Assembly (NCBI GenBank): GCA_041749335.1
Contig: JBGTBM010000007.1
Coordinates: forward strand, 149,957 to 213,956
Direction: 5' to 3'
DNA length: 64,000 nt
DNA from: Patescibacteria group bacterium
Lineage (GTDB): Bacteria > Patescibacteriota > JABMPQ01
Part shown: positions 53,732-63,627 of the stretch, one piece after another
Layout: the number at the start of each line of letters is the position of its first letter
How positions within the stretch are numbered: the stretch's first letter is position 1
Made by a program: the position numbers and the translations under genes
The notes under the pieces: generated by a model
Database searches by the model: none
What the model was told of the DNA's origin: nothing
Seen by the model: only the letters and a program-made list of their open reading frames with translations

Positions 53732-56700
53732 ATGATTCCTACAGACTTCAAGGCCATGAGGCTTAAACTGGCTTCTCCCGAAGATATCCAAGAATGGTCT
53801 CATGGGGAAGTGAAAAAACCCGAGACTATTAATTATCGTACCCAGCGTCCGGAAAAAGACGGGCTTTTTTGCGAGAAAATATTTGGACCAACTAAGGATT
53901 GGGAATGCTACTGCGGTAAATATAAAAGGATTAGATATAAAGGCGTGGTATGCGATAAGTGCGGAGTGGAAGTAACTCGATCAATCGTCCGCAGAGACCG
54001 TATGGGACATATTTCTTTGGCCACTCCTGTTTCCCATATTTGGTTTTTAAGAGGCGTGCCTTCTAAAATCGGCTTACTGCTTGATTTATCATTCCAAAAA
54101 CTGGAGAAGGTGATATATTTTGCCGATTATATTGTTACTTCAGTAGATGAACAGGCTAAAGAGGAAGCTATCGAACAGCTGAAGGCGGAATTTAAATCTA
54201 AACAAAAGCAGATACATGATAAATATAAGCAACTCGCTTCTGCCACCAAGGTAAAAGAGGGAGATAAGACAAAAGATTTAAATAAAGAATTAAATAAACA
54301 AATCAAGGAAAGAGAAGCGGACTTATCTAAGTTGGATAAACTTTTTAAAAAAGAAAAATCTAATTTGGATCAACTGAAAAAGCTAAAAATAATCTCTGAA
54401 ATGGAATATCGAGATTTGTCTTTGAAGTATGGGCATGTTTTTGAGGCGGGAATTGGAGCGGAAGCGATTAGAAAAATATTGAGCGAAATCGATTTGAAAG
54501 AGCTGGAAAAAGAAATGGAAAAGAAAGGCGAAGATATTCCCGCAACCCAAAAGAAGAAGCTTAAAAGAAGGTTAAATCTTGTTCGCGGCATGATGAACGC
54601 CAAAGTCAGGCCGGAATGGACCGTATTGACGCACCTGCCGGTTATTCCGCCGGATCTAAGGCCAATGGTGCAATTGGATGGAGGTAGGTTTGCCGCTTCA
54701 GACTTGAATGATTTATATCGCAGAGTAATTAATCGAAATAACCGCTTAAAAAGATTGATAGAATTAGACGCTCCGGAAGTTATTTGCCGGAATGAAAAAA
54801 GAATGCTGCAGGAAGCAGTTGACGCTTTGATAGATAATACCGCCAGACACGGCAGCGCCGCCGCCGCGACGACCGGCAAGAAAAGGCCGCTGCGCTCTTT
54901 GGCAGATATGTTAAAAGGAAAACAGGGCAGGTTTAGACAAAATTTATTAGGCAAGAGAGTTGATTATTCCGGAAGGTCGGTCATTGTGATCGGTCCGAAT
55001 TTGAAATTAAATGAATGTGGAATTCCTAAAACCATGGCGCTGGAATTGTTTAAGCCGTTTGTAATTAATAAATTGATTAATAGCGAATTGGCGCACAATG
55101 TTCGTTCAGCTTCTAAATTAATTGAAGAGGGAAGAACTGAAATTTGGGATATGTTGGAAGAAGTGATTAAAAATCATAAAGTGCTTTTGAATCGCGCTCC
55201 GACCTTGCATCGCCTTGGCATCCAAGCCTTCCAGCCGGTATTAATTGAAGGCAAAGCGATACAAATTCATCCAATGGTTTGTTCTGCCTTTAATGCTGAT
55301 TTCGACGGCGATCAAATGGCGGTGCATGTGCCGCTAACTCCGCAAGCCATGAAGGAAGCCGACAAAATAATGAGTTCCGACGTTAACTTGTTAAAGCCGG
55401 CGACCGGCGTGCCGATTACGACCGCTTCACAAGATATCGTTTTGGGCTGTTACTATATGACCAACATTAAAAAAGGAGTTAAGGGTGAAGGCCGCTATTT
55501 TAAAGATTATGATGAAGCGATGTTGGCCTATCAGTGCGGTGAATTAGATGTTAGGGCCCAAATGCATATTAGATTAGACGGAAAAATTATTGAAACTTGT
55601 TTGGGCAGAGTTATTTTTAATCAAATTCTTCCCAAAAAATTACAATTTGTAAATAAAACATTAGATAAAAAATCATTAACCAAGTTGATATCTGAATGTC
55701 TGGACAAGTACGGCAAGGAACGCACGGTTGAACTGATAGATAATTTAAAAAACACCGGATTTGCCAATCTGACTAAATCGGGGCTTTCTTGGGGAATGGA
55801 CGATTTGAAATTACCGGAAGAGAAACCGGCGCTAATTGAAAAAGCGACGCAAGAAGTTGAAACAGTGAGACAACAATTTAAAATGGGTCTTTTAACTGAT
55901 GATGAAAGATATCGAAAAATTATTGAAATTTGGGCAAATATTAAAGAAGAGATCACCAAGGTGGCGGTCGGGAAGTTGGATAAACATGGACCGGTTTATA
56001 TGATGATTGAGTCGGGCGCGAGAGGAAGCTGGCCGCAAATCGTTCAACTGACCGGAATGAGAGGCTTGATGGCGGCGCCATCCGGAAAAACTATCGAATT
56101 GCCGGTGAAAAACAGCTTTAAGGAAGGGTTGGGAGTATTGGAATATTTCATTTCTACCCATGGAGCGCGCAAGGGTTTATCCGATACCGCATTAAGAACC
56201 GCCAATGCCGGATATTTAACCAGAAGGCTAATTGATGTTGCTCAAGATATGATTGTCAAGGAAGTTGATTGCGGCGATACCGAAGGAATTGAGGTTACCA
56301 GGCAGGAAAGCGAGGATATGAGCAAAGATTTTGCGAATCGCTTGTTGGGCAGGACCGCTTTAGTCGATATTAAGGATGAAAAATCCAAAGAAGTAATCGT
56401 TGAAAAGAATGAAATTATAAATGAAAAACAAGCTCTAAGAATTGATGAATTGGGTTTAGACAATGTTAAAATCAGATCGGTATTATCTTGTCAGGCGAAA
56501 TCAGGACTTTGTTCCAAATGCTATGGCTGGGATTTAGGTACCAATAAAGAAGTGATTATCGGACAAGCGGTGGGAATCATTGCCGCACAGTCTATTGGTG
56601 AGCCCGGTACTCAACTTACCATGCGTACATTCCATACCGGTGGTGTTGCCGGCGAAGGCGATATTACTCAAGGTTTGCCGCGCGTGGAAGAATTATTTGA

Positions 56701-57535
56701 AGCCCGAGGAATTAAAAAACCGGCGATAATTGCGGAAATTAATGGAATGGCGCATGTAGCGGAAGAAAAAGAAAATAAAATCATTCGAATATATTCTACC
56801 AATATCAAAAAAGATGAATATAAAATCGCAGGTTTAAAGCCGGCGGTTAAAGACGGTGATAAAGTGGAAAAGAATCAAGTAATTGCTAAGGATAAGAAAG
56901 GTAAAAGCATAAAAGCCAAAAATGCCGGATTTGTCAAAGTAAAAAACGACTTATTGTCGGTAATTCATGAAGGAGGAGAAGAAAAAGAATATATCTTACC
57001 AGCCAACGCGGTTATCTGGATTAAAAAGGGAGACTTGGTGACGAAGGGACAACAATTAACTGAAGGATCAATTGATATCCAGAGCTTGTTTAAGCTAGGC
57101 GGGCCAATTGCGGTGCAAAAATATATATTAAGAGAAGCTCAATTTATTTATTCTTCACAGGGGCAAGATGTTAATGACAAACATATCGAAATTATTGTCA
57201 AACAGATGCTTTCCAGGGTAAAAATCTTATCTGCCGGCAATAGCGAGTTGTTAGCCGGTTCCATTGAGGATAAAATTAAATTTGAAGATACCAGAGACAG
57301 GCTAAAAAAAGAAGGAAAAAGACCACCGGAAGCCTCTTCGCTGCTATTGGGCATTACCAAAGCTTCGTTGACCACTCCCAGCTTTTTATCAGCCGCTTCG
57401 TTCCAGGAAACATCTAAAGTATTGATTGAAGCTTCCATTATCGGAAAGACGGATAATCTTCGTGGATTAAAGGAAAATGTAATAATCGGCAAGCTTATTC
57501 CGAGCGGAACCGGATATAAAGCGACGGAAAAGTAA
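53732..57535 (+). CDS. rpoC: DNA-directed RNA polymerase subunit beta'
   Basis: Zn-finger '[23 protein letters not shown]', catalytic '[12 protein letters not shown]', and trigger loop/bridge helix blocks. Confidence 0.95.
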   Translation: MIPTDFKAMRLKLASPEDIQEWSHGEVKKPETINYRTQRPEKDGLFCEKIFGPTKDWECYCGKYKRIRYKGVVCDKCGVEVTRSIVRRDRMGHISLATPVSHIWFLRGVPSKIGLLLDLSFQKLEKVIYFADYIVTSVDEQAKEEAIEQLKAEFKSKQKQIHDKYKQLASATKVKEGDKTKDLNKELNKQIKEREADLSKLDKLFKKEKSNLDQLKKLKIISEMEYRDLSLKYGHVFEAGIGAEAIRKILSEIDLKELEKEMEKKGEDIPATQKKKLKRRLNLVRGMMNAKVRPEWTVLTHLPVIPPDLRPMVQLDGGRFAASDLNDLYRRVINRNNRLKRLIELDAPEVICRNEKRMLQEAVDALIDNTARHGSAAAATTGKKRPLRSLADMLKGKQGRFRQNLLGKRVDYSGRSVIVIGPNLKLNECGIPKTMALELFKPFVINKLINSELAHNVRSASKLIEEGRTEIWDMLEEVIKNHKVLLNRAPTLHRLGIQAFQPVLIEGKAIQIHPMVCSAFNADFDGDQMAVHVPLTPQAMKEADKIMSSDVNLLKPATGVPITTASQDIVLGCYYMTNIKKGVKGEGRYFKDYDEAMLAYQCGELDVRAQMHIRLDGKIIETCLGRVIFNQILPKKLQFVNKTLDKKSLTKLISECLDKYGKERTVELIDNLKNTGFANLTKSGLSWGMDDLKLPEEKPALIEKATQEVETVRQQFKMGLLTDDERYRKIIEIWANIKEEITKVAVGKLDKHGPVYMMIESGARGSWPQIVQLTGMRGLMAAPSGKTIELPVKNSFKEGLGVLEYFISTHGARKGLSDTALRTANAGYLTRRLIDVAQDMIVKEVDCGDTEGIEVTRQESEDMSKDFANRLLGRTALVDIKDEKSKEVIVEKNEIINEKQALRIDELGLDNVKIRSVLSCQAKSGLCSKCYGWDLGTNKEVIIGQAVGIIAAQSIGEPGTQLTMRTFHTGGVAGEGDITQGLPRVEELFEARGIKKPAIIAEINGMAHVAEEKENKIIRIYSTNIKKDEYKIAGLKPAVKDGDKVEKNQVIAKDKKGKSIKAKNAGFVKVKNDLLSVIHEGGEEKEYILPANAVIWIKKGDLVTKGQQLTEGSIDIQSLFKLGGPIAVQKYILREAQFIYSSQGQDVNDKHIEIIVKQMLSRVKILSAGNSELLAGSIEDKIKFEDTRDRLKKEGKRPPEASSLLLGITKASLTTPSFLSAASFQETSKVLIEASIIGKTDNLRGLKENVIIGKLIPSGTGYKATEK

Positions 57536-57557
57536 AATAAATTTGAATAAATCAAAA

Positions 57558-57580
57558 AGGTCCGATGCGCGGACTTTTTT
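57558..57580. terminator. Bidirectional intrinsic terminator after rpoC
   Basis: Stem AGGTCCG/CGGACTT with loop ATGCG, an A5 run upstream and a T6 run downstream. Confidence 0.6.
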
Positions 57581-57602
57581 GATTGGCAGATTGACTTTTA
57601 TA

Positions 57603-57980
57603 TTATTTACCTTTTGGTTTTTTTAGGCCAATCAAGAAAAGAATACCGGCTATCAGGAAGGGGAAAGTTAAAATAAAAATAGATAGCGCTTCATTTAAAC
57701 CAATGGTTAACCAAGTAAAAATTATTAAAATTAAACCGGAAATAATAATCGTTAGGCTTCCCGACCTGGCATTTTTCCAAGATATAATTACTCCGGTAAT
57801 ATTCAATACCATTAGCGTAGTGAGCAAAAATTTTGCCAGGCTTAAATCTTTTTCTGCGGATATTGCTTGCACCAGCAATGTTGCTCCCCAAAAAATCGCA
57901 GCTAAAGCGCCGATTATTTTCCCCAGCAAGTTAAAAATATTTTGCGTTAAAGCTGTTTTTTTTGTAAAATTATTTGGCAT
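57603..57980 (-). CDS. Hypothetical small membrane protein
   Basis: Four predicted TM helices. Preferred over the overlapping + strand ORF because of its hydropathy periodicity and the downstream terminator. Confidence 0.45.
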   Translation of the reverse strand: MPNNFTKKTALTQNIFNLLGKIIGALAAIFWGATLLVQAISAEKDLSLAKFLLTTLMVLNITGVIISWKNARSGSLTIIISGLILIIFTWLTIGLNEALSIFILTFPFLIAGILFLIGLKKPKGK

Positions 57981-58025
57981 AATTTAAATATTATAATAGT
58001 GTAATTTTACCGAATTTTATTTATC

Positions 58026-58052
58026 TTGACAATTGATAGCCGAGCTGATAAT
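58026..58052 (+). promoter_or_regulatory. Sigma70-like promoter (-35 TTGACA, about 15 nt spacer, -10 GATAAT)
   Basis: Hexamers upstream of the ribosome-binding site 'CAAGGAGAAGAAAATG' at 58100. Confidence 0.4.
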
Positions 58053-58099
58053 TTCACTGTAATTTGCACCTTATTGGATCAGATTCCAAGGAGAAGAAA

Positions 58100-58363
58100 A
58101 TGTTAGGATCTTTGAAAAAATATTTGGTTTTAAGATTTGGATTTGTTTTTATGGCAATTCATTATGGGGAAATTCGGGAAGTTGATTTATTTGTTAAGGC
58201 CCTGCGTGGTGTTTCCGGAGTGGACTTGATTTATTATCAGGAATACGCTGATCAAGTGATGGTTAAAATATTGGGAGATACCAATCGGGTAGAGCGGGCG
58301 ATGCGGGAATTGATTCCCAGATTTCGATTAGACATTTCTCGAAATGGCATTAAGGTTCACTGA
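58100..58363 (+). CDS. Hypothetical small protein (possibly a ferredoxin-like alpha/beta fold)
   Basis: An ATG with a good Shine-Dalgarno sequence (AAGGAG), 87 aa. Overlaps the next gene by ATGA, suggesting translational coupling. Confidence 0.45.
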   Translation: MLGSLKKYLVLRFGFVFMAIHYGEIREVDLFVKALRGVSGVDLIYYQEYADQVMVKILGDTNRVERAMRELIPRFRLDISRNGIKVH

Positions 58364-58770
58364 TGGACTTAGCCAGACTGAAATTAATTAATATTCCGGC
58401 CGATTGGATTCCCGGGCGCGACGCGTTTGTGAGATTAAGGATAAATCCGAAACAATCTGATTTCTCTGATGAAATATTGCCATATGCTGAAATTGCCGCT
58501 TCAATATTTGTTTGGCTAGCTAAGAAGAATAACGGATTTAAGCCGATTCCGTATCAGAATTTGTCTGAAATAAAATCGCCCTTAGTGCGTATTACCAGTC
58601 CGGAAGGCGATACTTTTGAAGCAACGCGCTTAGCGGCAGGAATAAAAATATTAATAGAGCTGGGCTGGGTGGAAAATGATGAAGAAAATAGGTTGTTTAT
58701 AGTCGATCAAGGCATTTTGAAAAATATTATTTTTTGTCACCAGGTTTTATTTTCATCTCCGTGCGCTTAA
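58363..58770 (+). CDS. Hypothetical protein
   Basis: 135 aa with no recognisable motifs. Its 3' end and terminator are duplicated 0.8 kb downstream. Confidence 0.45.
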   Translation: MDLARLKLINIPADWIPGRDAFVRLRINPKQSDFSDEILPYAEIAASIFVWLAKKNNGFKPIPYQNLSEIKSPLVRITSPEGDTFEATRLAAGIKILIELGWVENDEENRLFIVDQGILKNIIFCHQVLFSSPCA

Positions 58771-58862
58771 AAAATAAATCTCTTTTTAGGCGAAGATATT
58801 TTACTAAATTCCCTCGAAGTGAATTATGTCACATATCGAGGGTTTTTTAATTAATTTAAATT
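58746..58862 (+). repeat. Direct repeat copy 1 (gene 3' end + terminator + AT-rich tail)
   Basis: About 80-85% identical to 59587..59694, ending in an identical 'CGAGGG(A)TTTTTAATTAATTTAAATTTT'. Confidence 0.7.
58811..58848 (+). terminator. Rho-independent terminator (CCCTCG...CGAGGG + T6)
   Basis: A 6 bp GC-rich stem with an 18 nt loop that itself has GTGA/TCAC pairing, followed by TTTTTT. Confidence 0.6.
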
Positions 58863-58981
58863 TTTTATATTAAAGAGAAAAAGGAGAGAAGGAGTATTTT
58901 ATTGATAAACTTGACAAAAATTATAAATATGATTAAATGAATAGTTCTCAACATATGAGCCGTGAAGGCTAAGGAGGAACA

Positions 58982-59431
58982 ATGTATAAGAACTGGAAGG
59001 CAATTTGTGAAGTTAAGGATAATCATATGATGTGGGCGCTGGCGCTCCTTGATCTGACATCCGATCTTGGTCGAAGGTTCGTGGAGCAACTTCCGGAGTT
59101 TTTCTCACAGGAAGAGACTGCCGGACCTTATCCGCTGTCACTTATGCGGGAAGCAGCGCAGGAAAATGGAAGAAAACAGGGCACTGACAATGGGGCAAAT
59201 TACATTGTCTCTCACGATGGCGTACCCGGCCACATTCCTGTTAAGATGTTTGACAAGTTTGGCAAGAATGTTGCTTCTCTCAACGGACCAAAGCTGCCTG
59301 ACGAGATCAGTCCGGATGCTCGCGCGGGTGAAACAGTTACCTGGGAGGGTAAACAGTTCGTTGTATTGGAAAACAACGATAGCTGTGAAGAGCTAGCGAT
59401 TGCGCCGGCAGAACTGATCTTTGTTGATTGA
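58982..59431 (+). CDS. Hypothetical protein encoded by a GC-enriched cassette
   Basis: A strong ribosome-binding site (AAGGAGG, 6 nt spacer) and a TTGACA -35-like hexamer upstream. GC is around 48% against a roughly 33% background. No recognisable family. Confidence 0.55.
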   Translation: MYKNWKAICEVKDNHMMWALALLDLTSDLGRRFVEQLPEFFSQEETAGPYPLSLMREAAQENGRKQGTDNGANYIVSHDGVPGHIPVKMFDKFGKNVASLNGPKLPDEISPDARAGETVTWEGKQFVVLENNDSCEELAIAPAELIFVD

Positions 59432-59586
59432 TCTTTAATCCAATTAAATTTATTAGTATTCCGCATTGGAGAGTTAATCTAATGCGGTTTTTTATACAAA
59501 AAAATATTCAAAACAATTTTAGTTATTATTCGGGAAGAATGTGAAGTAAAATTGAATCTGAACAAATAGAATTAGATAATTGCAGC

Positions 59587-59694
59587 CCTATTATTTTTAT
59601 CTCTGTGCGTTTAAAAACAATGTCTTTTTACGTGAAGAGATTTTACTAAATTCCCTCGTGCACATCGAGGGATTTTTAATTAATTTAAATTTTA
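59587..59694 (+). repeat. Direct repeat copy 2 (relic gene 3' end + terminator + AT-rich tail)
   Basis: Contains the relic reading frame '...LLFLSLCV*' (compare copy 1 '...VLFSSPCA*') plus the same terminator arms. Confidence 0.7.
59653..59677 (+). terminator. Rho-independent terminator (CCCTCG-TGCACAT-CGAGGG + ATTTTT)
   Basis: A 6 bp stem with a 7 nt loop and a T-run. This is a paralog of the 58811 terminator. Confidence 0.6.
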
Positions 59695-59753
59695 TAGACC
59701 AGCAAAGAAAATTTATAATATTGCGACAATCTGAAACATGATAAAGTCGGATT

Positions 59754-60164
59754 TTATTCAATTTCTTTTACTAATTTTTTAATTAATAATATTATTTGAT
59801 TTCTTACTTTGCGATGTAAATTCAATTCTCCTTTATCCGGATCTTCAATATCCCAAAAAGATAATTTATTCGACTTTTTTAAAAAATCCGGCCAACCTTC
59901 CTTTTCTCCAATTACAATTACTTTTTCTGCTTCATCTATCATTTGTTTTGTTAGTTTTTTTGAGAATTTGTCATTTATATCATAGCCAATTTCAGCCATT
60001 ACGGAGGCAACAAATTTTGTTTTAGATAATTTTTGGCCTTCCCATAATTTTGGGGGATTGAGCCCGGCACTGATAGCTTTATGTTTTTTGGTGATTGAAT
60101 TAAAAATTGCTTCCGCCATCTGGCTTCGTCCAACGCTTGCTCGGCAAATAAAAAGTACTGTCAT
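59754..60164 (-). CDS. Low-molecular-weight phosphotyrosine phosphatase / ArsC-type arsenate reductase family protein
   Basis: P-loop 'CRASVGRS' (CX5R-S) at the N-terminus and a conserved Asp-Pro 'DIEDPDKG' region. Confidence 0.7.
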   Translation of the reverse strand: MTVLFICRASVGRSQMAEAIFNSITKKHKAISAGLNPPKLWEGQKLSKTKFVASVMAEIGYDINDKFSKKLTKQMIDEAEKVIVIGEKEGWPDFLKKSNKLSFWDIEDPDKGELNLHRKVRNQIILLIKKLVKEIE

Positions 60165-60189
60165 ATTTTTAAAATAAAAGTTTATTGAT

Positions 60190-60741
60190 TTATTTCGATG
60201 TGCTTGCGCGCTGAAACAACAGCGCCGATATTACAAAGAGCATGGCAAAACACGCATTTAGAACAAACACCCGAAACACGCTTGGCGACCAGGAGGTAGT
60301 AGAAGGCGGCCAGATAATGAGTGCTATCAGGGGAACCGACATTTGCGCCACAGCCGTCGTAAATAATGTTATTGCCATTCCGCGCGGCTTAAAGCGTGCC
60401 ATCAAGGAGCCGATTAATCCGACCGCGAATACTATTGTATACATCAGGTTGGCGGGTTGATCTTCGTTCCCGATGATGCCGACAGCGCCATTCACGAAAA
60501 AAAGGAAGAAAGCTCCCATAAGTCCAATGCTAAAAGCGGCTCGGTACACGGATTTCTCCACCCTTCTTGCAATTAGCTCATACGCAAAGGCAAGGCTTGA
60601 CAGGACAACGCCCATTAAGATGAAATCGAACAAGCTCCAATTCACTTCTTTAGTAAATTGCATTGCGATAAGTGGTATCATCAATACGAGCGCGATGGCG
60701 GCAGCCCACACAATTATTCTTTTTGCAATATTTTGCATCAA
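60190..60741 (-). CDS. Hypothetical membrane protein (5-6 TM)
   Basis: 183 aa, hydrophobic, comparatively GC-rich. Probably co-transcribed with the LMW-PTP/ArsC-like gene. Confidence 0.45.
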   Translation of the reverse strand: MMQNIAKRIIVWAAAIALVLMIPLIAMQFTKEVNWSLFDFILMGVVLSSLAFAYELIARRVEKSVYRAAFSIGLMGAFFLFFVNGAVGIIGNEDQPANLMYTIVFAVGLIGSLMARFKPRGMAITLFTTAVAQMSVPLIALIIWPPSTTSWSPSVFRVFVLNACFAMLFVISALLFQRASTSK

Positions 60742-60808
60742 GATTTAAATTAATTATATAAACATCCAATAGAATAATTTTCTCTTTTACAAATAAAAAT
60801 TATTTCCG

Positions 60809-61897
60809 TCATGAATTAGGATCCGCTTTCTTAATAATTTTTACGGTGCCATTTTTTGTATTTACTTCGACTACGTCATCATTTTTAATTGCTTTTGTGG
60901 CAATTTTAGTAGCGATTAATGTTGGTTTTTTTAATTCTCGCGAGATTATGGCGGCGTGGCAAGTTAAACCTCCTTCATCAGTCACTATCGCGGCAGCTTT
61001 TTTCATTGCCGGTAGGAAATTTGGAGCGGTCATTGCCGTAACTAAGATTCCATCCTTCGGAAAATTATTTATATGGTGACTAAGGAAGATTAAAAAAGCT
61101 TTGCCCCGAACTGTTTTTCCAATATATGCTGATTGTCCTTTAAAAAAATTTATTCCTTTTTCAAAAAAATCAAAAGTATAATTTGCATCTTGCAGTAATT
61201 TTGGAAAAGACTTATTAACATATAATTTGCCATTGATAATAACATAGCCCTTCTGCCTTGCTTTTAATTTATCTATATTTATTGAATATTTTTCGGCAAA
61301 TAATTTATTAAATTCGGATAAAGTTAAAAAGCGGGCGAGCAAAGGATCCGCATTTAGATATCTTAGCTTTTCAGCTACTATTTTTCTAATAAATAAATCC
61401 ATTGATTCAAAAATTCCTTCAATTTTTATCCTAAGATTAAAAAAGTCATTGATGATTCTTTCACTGTCGCTACCGCGCAATTTTTTAAAGTCATCGGACC
61501 ATGGTCCGGGTAAAAAATTTGCCAGCATATAACCCGGGTACATTTCAGACCATAAATGAAAAATTTCATCTATCAGGTCGGTATAATCATTTTCTGTTTT
61601 TTTGTTAAGTAAAAATTTTATCCGTTTTACCGCAGCAATGGTTATTCGAATACGGTTTTGAGAAAACAGCGGGTGATTCGTTGGCAAATTAATTACATGA
61701 TTTTTAATTTTTTCGACTTCATCGTGTATGCGATACGATTCAATTACTTTGCCATTAAAATGAATAATTTGGTCAGAAATAGTAATTCCCCAAATTTTCT
61801 TTATATCCTTGAGAAGCAGTTGGTCCCGCCAAAAAATACAAGTAAATAAAGAAATATCTCTAGTGAAGATTAAATCCAATTTTTTTAATTTTGTCAT
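60809..61897 (-). CDS. PEP-utilizing enzyme mobile (phosphohistidine swivel) domain protein with an uncharacterised N-terminal domain
   Basis: The C-terminal 'GILVTAMTAPNFLPAMKKAAAIVTDEGGLTCHAAIISRELKKPTLI' is a PEP-utilizers motif with the phospho-His. The N-terminal roughly 270 aa has no recognisable motifs. Confidence 0.6.
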   Translation of the reverse strand: MTKLKKLDLIFTRDISLFTCIFWRDQLLLKDIKKIWGITISDQIIHFNGKVIESYRIHDEVEKIKNHVINLPTNHPLFSQNRIRITIAAVKRIKFLLNKKTENDYTDLIDEIFHLWSEMYPGYMLANFLPGPWSDDFKKLRGSDSERIINDFFNLRIKIEGIFESMDLFIRKIVAEKLRYLNADPLLARFLTLSEFNKLFAEKYSINIDKLKARQKGYVIINGKLYVNKSFPKLLQDANYTFDFFEKGINFFKGQSAYIGKTVRGKAFLIFLSHHINNFPKDGILVTAMTAPNFLPAMKKAAAIVTDEGGLTCHAAIISRELKKPTLIATKIATKAIKNDDVVEVNTKNGTVKIIKKADPNS

Positions 61898-62006
61898 ATA
61901 TGTTATTTATAATATTTTGATAAAGATGCGGGAAATTTTACATTTAATATACAATTACCAATCAAATTTTTCTACAAAATTCACTAAAAAGTGAAAAAAA
62001 ATTATT

Positions 62007-62567
62007 TTAGTTTATATTTGTCAAATGATTCCTGTCTTGTTCTGATGTCCATTTGAAAGGATTATTTTGTACGTATTTACGAATATTAAATAATGATTTT
62101 TCATTGCGAATAATATGGTCATAAAAAGATTTCTGCCAGACAAATTCATCATTATTTTTTTCACGAAAATATTTAGTAACGCCTATTTTGAAACCGCGGA
62201 TAATTGATGATAGCGATTTTGATAATTTTGTTTGCCATGGAAGGGAACAAAAATTTTTGTTCCCTTCATCATTATTTTTAATTATCACGATTCCGTGAAT
62301 ATGGTTTGGCATAATTATAAATTCATCCAATATCACGTTTGGGAAATGATCCGGAATTTCCCGCCAGCATTTTTTTGTGATTTTCCCATATTCATTCAAC
62401 GTCAATTCTCCGTTTTTTATTTCACCGAAAAATTCCTGCCGATTTTTGGTACAAATGGTGACAAAATAATACCCATTTTGGGAATAATCATATCCTTTCA
62501 ACCTGTTTAATTTGCGATCGGGCAAATTTTGCCCTCTTTTACCCGATTTCTTTATTATATTCTTCAA
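62007..62567 (-). mobile_element. IS200/IS605-family Y1 (HUH) transposase, RAYT/TnpA_REP-like
   Basis: 'YFVTICTKNRQ' (like the IS200 'Y..VW.PKYR' block), the HUH motif 'MPNHIHGIVII', and the catalytic Tyr context 'WQKSFYDHIIRNE' typical of REP-associated tyrosine transposases. Confidence 0.7.
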
Positions 62568-62693
62568 TTTTTTTATTTCTTTTATGTAAAAATACTATAT
62601 AATTATTTTCCATTTATTCCAATTTATTATGGTATTTTATATTACAAGAAAAACCAAAAATTGGGATTTTTGCAAGCCGGTGGCGGTTAAAGA

Positions 62694-63110
62694 TTATCTT
62701 TTTTCACCACATTTCAAACAAGAATCTCTATGTACACAAAGCAATTCTCCACATTTTGGGCATTTCCATATTTTTTGTTCGGATTTAACAAATTTCTTAA
62801 TTCCAAATTTATTAATAAATTCTAGATTTTCAAGCATACTCATTCCGTATTTGGTTCGATACCTCTTATCGAGATTTTTTAATCTTGTGCAGGGGAATTT
62901 TTTACACTTATCCGAACAAAATTTCCATTTATTTTTCTTTAGGATTTGGCAACTTCTTATGATGCATTTTCTACCATAACTTGATCGGTATGCATCCATT
63001 TCTCTACAGCCGAGACATTTATTTTTCTCTCTAAGATAACCCAAGCAAATTCCACAATTCATTCCGCAAGGGGCAACTAGTTTGGGATTAATTGTAGATT
63101 TTTTGTTCAT
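62694..63110 (-). CDS. Cys-rich zinc-ribbon-like protein (DUF3795-like)
   Basis: 138 aa with about 8 CxxC pairs ('CGMNCGIC', 'CLGC', 'CKKFPC', 'CPKCGELLC', 'CLKCG'). Confidence 0.5.
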   Translation of the reverse strand: MNKKSTINPKLVAPCGMNCGICLGYLREKNKCLGCREMDAYRSSYGRKCIIRSCQILKKNKWKFCSDKCKKFPCTRLKNLDKRYRTKYGMSMLENLEFINKFGIKKFVKSEQKIWKCPKCGELLCVHRDSCLKCGEKR

Positions 63111-63185
63111 ATAAAAAAAGAAAGTCCAATTATTTAAATTTATTTAATATCGTGGTCTGGATAATATTGAATATAACATTTGCGT

Positions 63186-63503
63186 ATATCTGATGTTTTA
63201 CGGAGTGAAGGCTAGGCAAAGTTTCGTAAAAATTTGCCTGTCCTGAGCATGTCGAAGGGAGCATAGCCGTTTAGCCGTTGTTATGCGAAGTCGCGCAGCG
63301 ACTATCGGCTAGCCGCCGCCATTAGGCAAAAGAGCGAAGCGATTTTGCCTAACGTTCCAGCGTATGCGATGTTTTTGCGACCAACGGGAGCAAAAATATG
63401 GGAGAGGGGCGAGCCGAGCCCCGAACCGCATACGCTGTGTTATACGCCCCGACGACCGAAGGGAGGAGAGCGCAGCGGGGCGCGACTGAAAGGAGCGAGT
63501 TCA
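63186..63503. ncRNA. Candidate structured non-coding RNA (class not assigned), GC about 60% in an AT-rich background
   Basis: No credible ORF. Nested helices: 213-220/233-240; 272-277/306-311 enclosing 289-294/298-303; a 10 bp hairpin 322-331/343-352; an 11 bp long-range helix 359-369/427-437 enclosing hairpins 372-378/390-396 and 406-410/418-422; and 445-451/476-482. Confidence 0.45.
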
Positions 63504-63627
63504 AAAAATATTTTTCATTCAATTTCATTTTGACAGGCTTTTTATTCAATAATCATAAATTTGTTTTTTTGTTTTGGATTTTGGGCAGAGGGGTTAGGGG
63601 TGAATGCCCAAAATCCAAAACTCCTTA

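Noticed and set aside
54370-54954. 194 aa minus-strand ORF inside rpoC
   Set aside because: It is antisense to an invariant RNAP beta' region.
57703-57987. 94 aa plus-strand ORF overlapping the 57603-57980 minus-strand membrane protein
   Set aside because: The minus-strand frame has clear TM periodicity and a terminator downstream. The plus frame does not.
61975-62000. Palindrome TTCACTAAAAAGTGAA just downstream of the transposase stop
   Set aside because: I considered it as a REP unit or terminator. It is short, there are no other copies in the window, and no matching inverted partner lies on the other side of the gene.
63130-63540. Attempts to assign the GC-rich block to RNase P, tmRNA, SRP RNA, 5S rRNA or group II intron domain V
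   Set aside because: None of the diagnostic strings is present: GGAAAGTCCGGGC / ACAGAACCCGGCTTA for RNase P, the GGTTCGA T-arm with an ACCA end for tmRNA, and CAGAAGTGAAAC for 5S rRNA. The 'AGCGTATGCG...CGCATACGCT' helix superficially resembles domain V but encloses 57 nt instead of a GNRA-capped short stem. The weak resemblance of 'GTCGAAGGGAGCATAGCC' to SRP helix 8 is insufficient.
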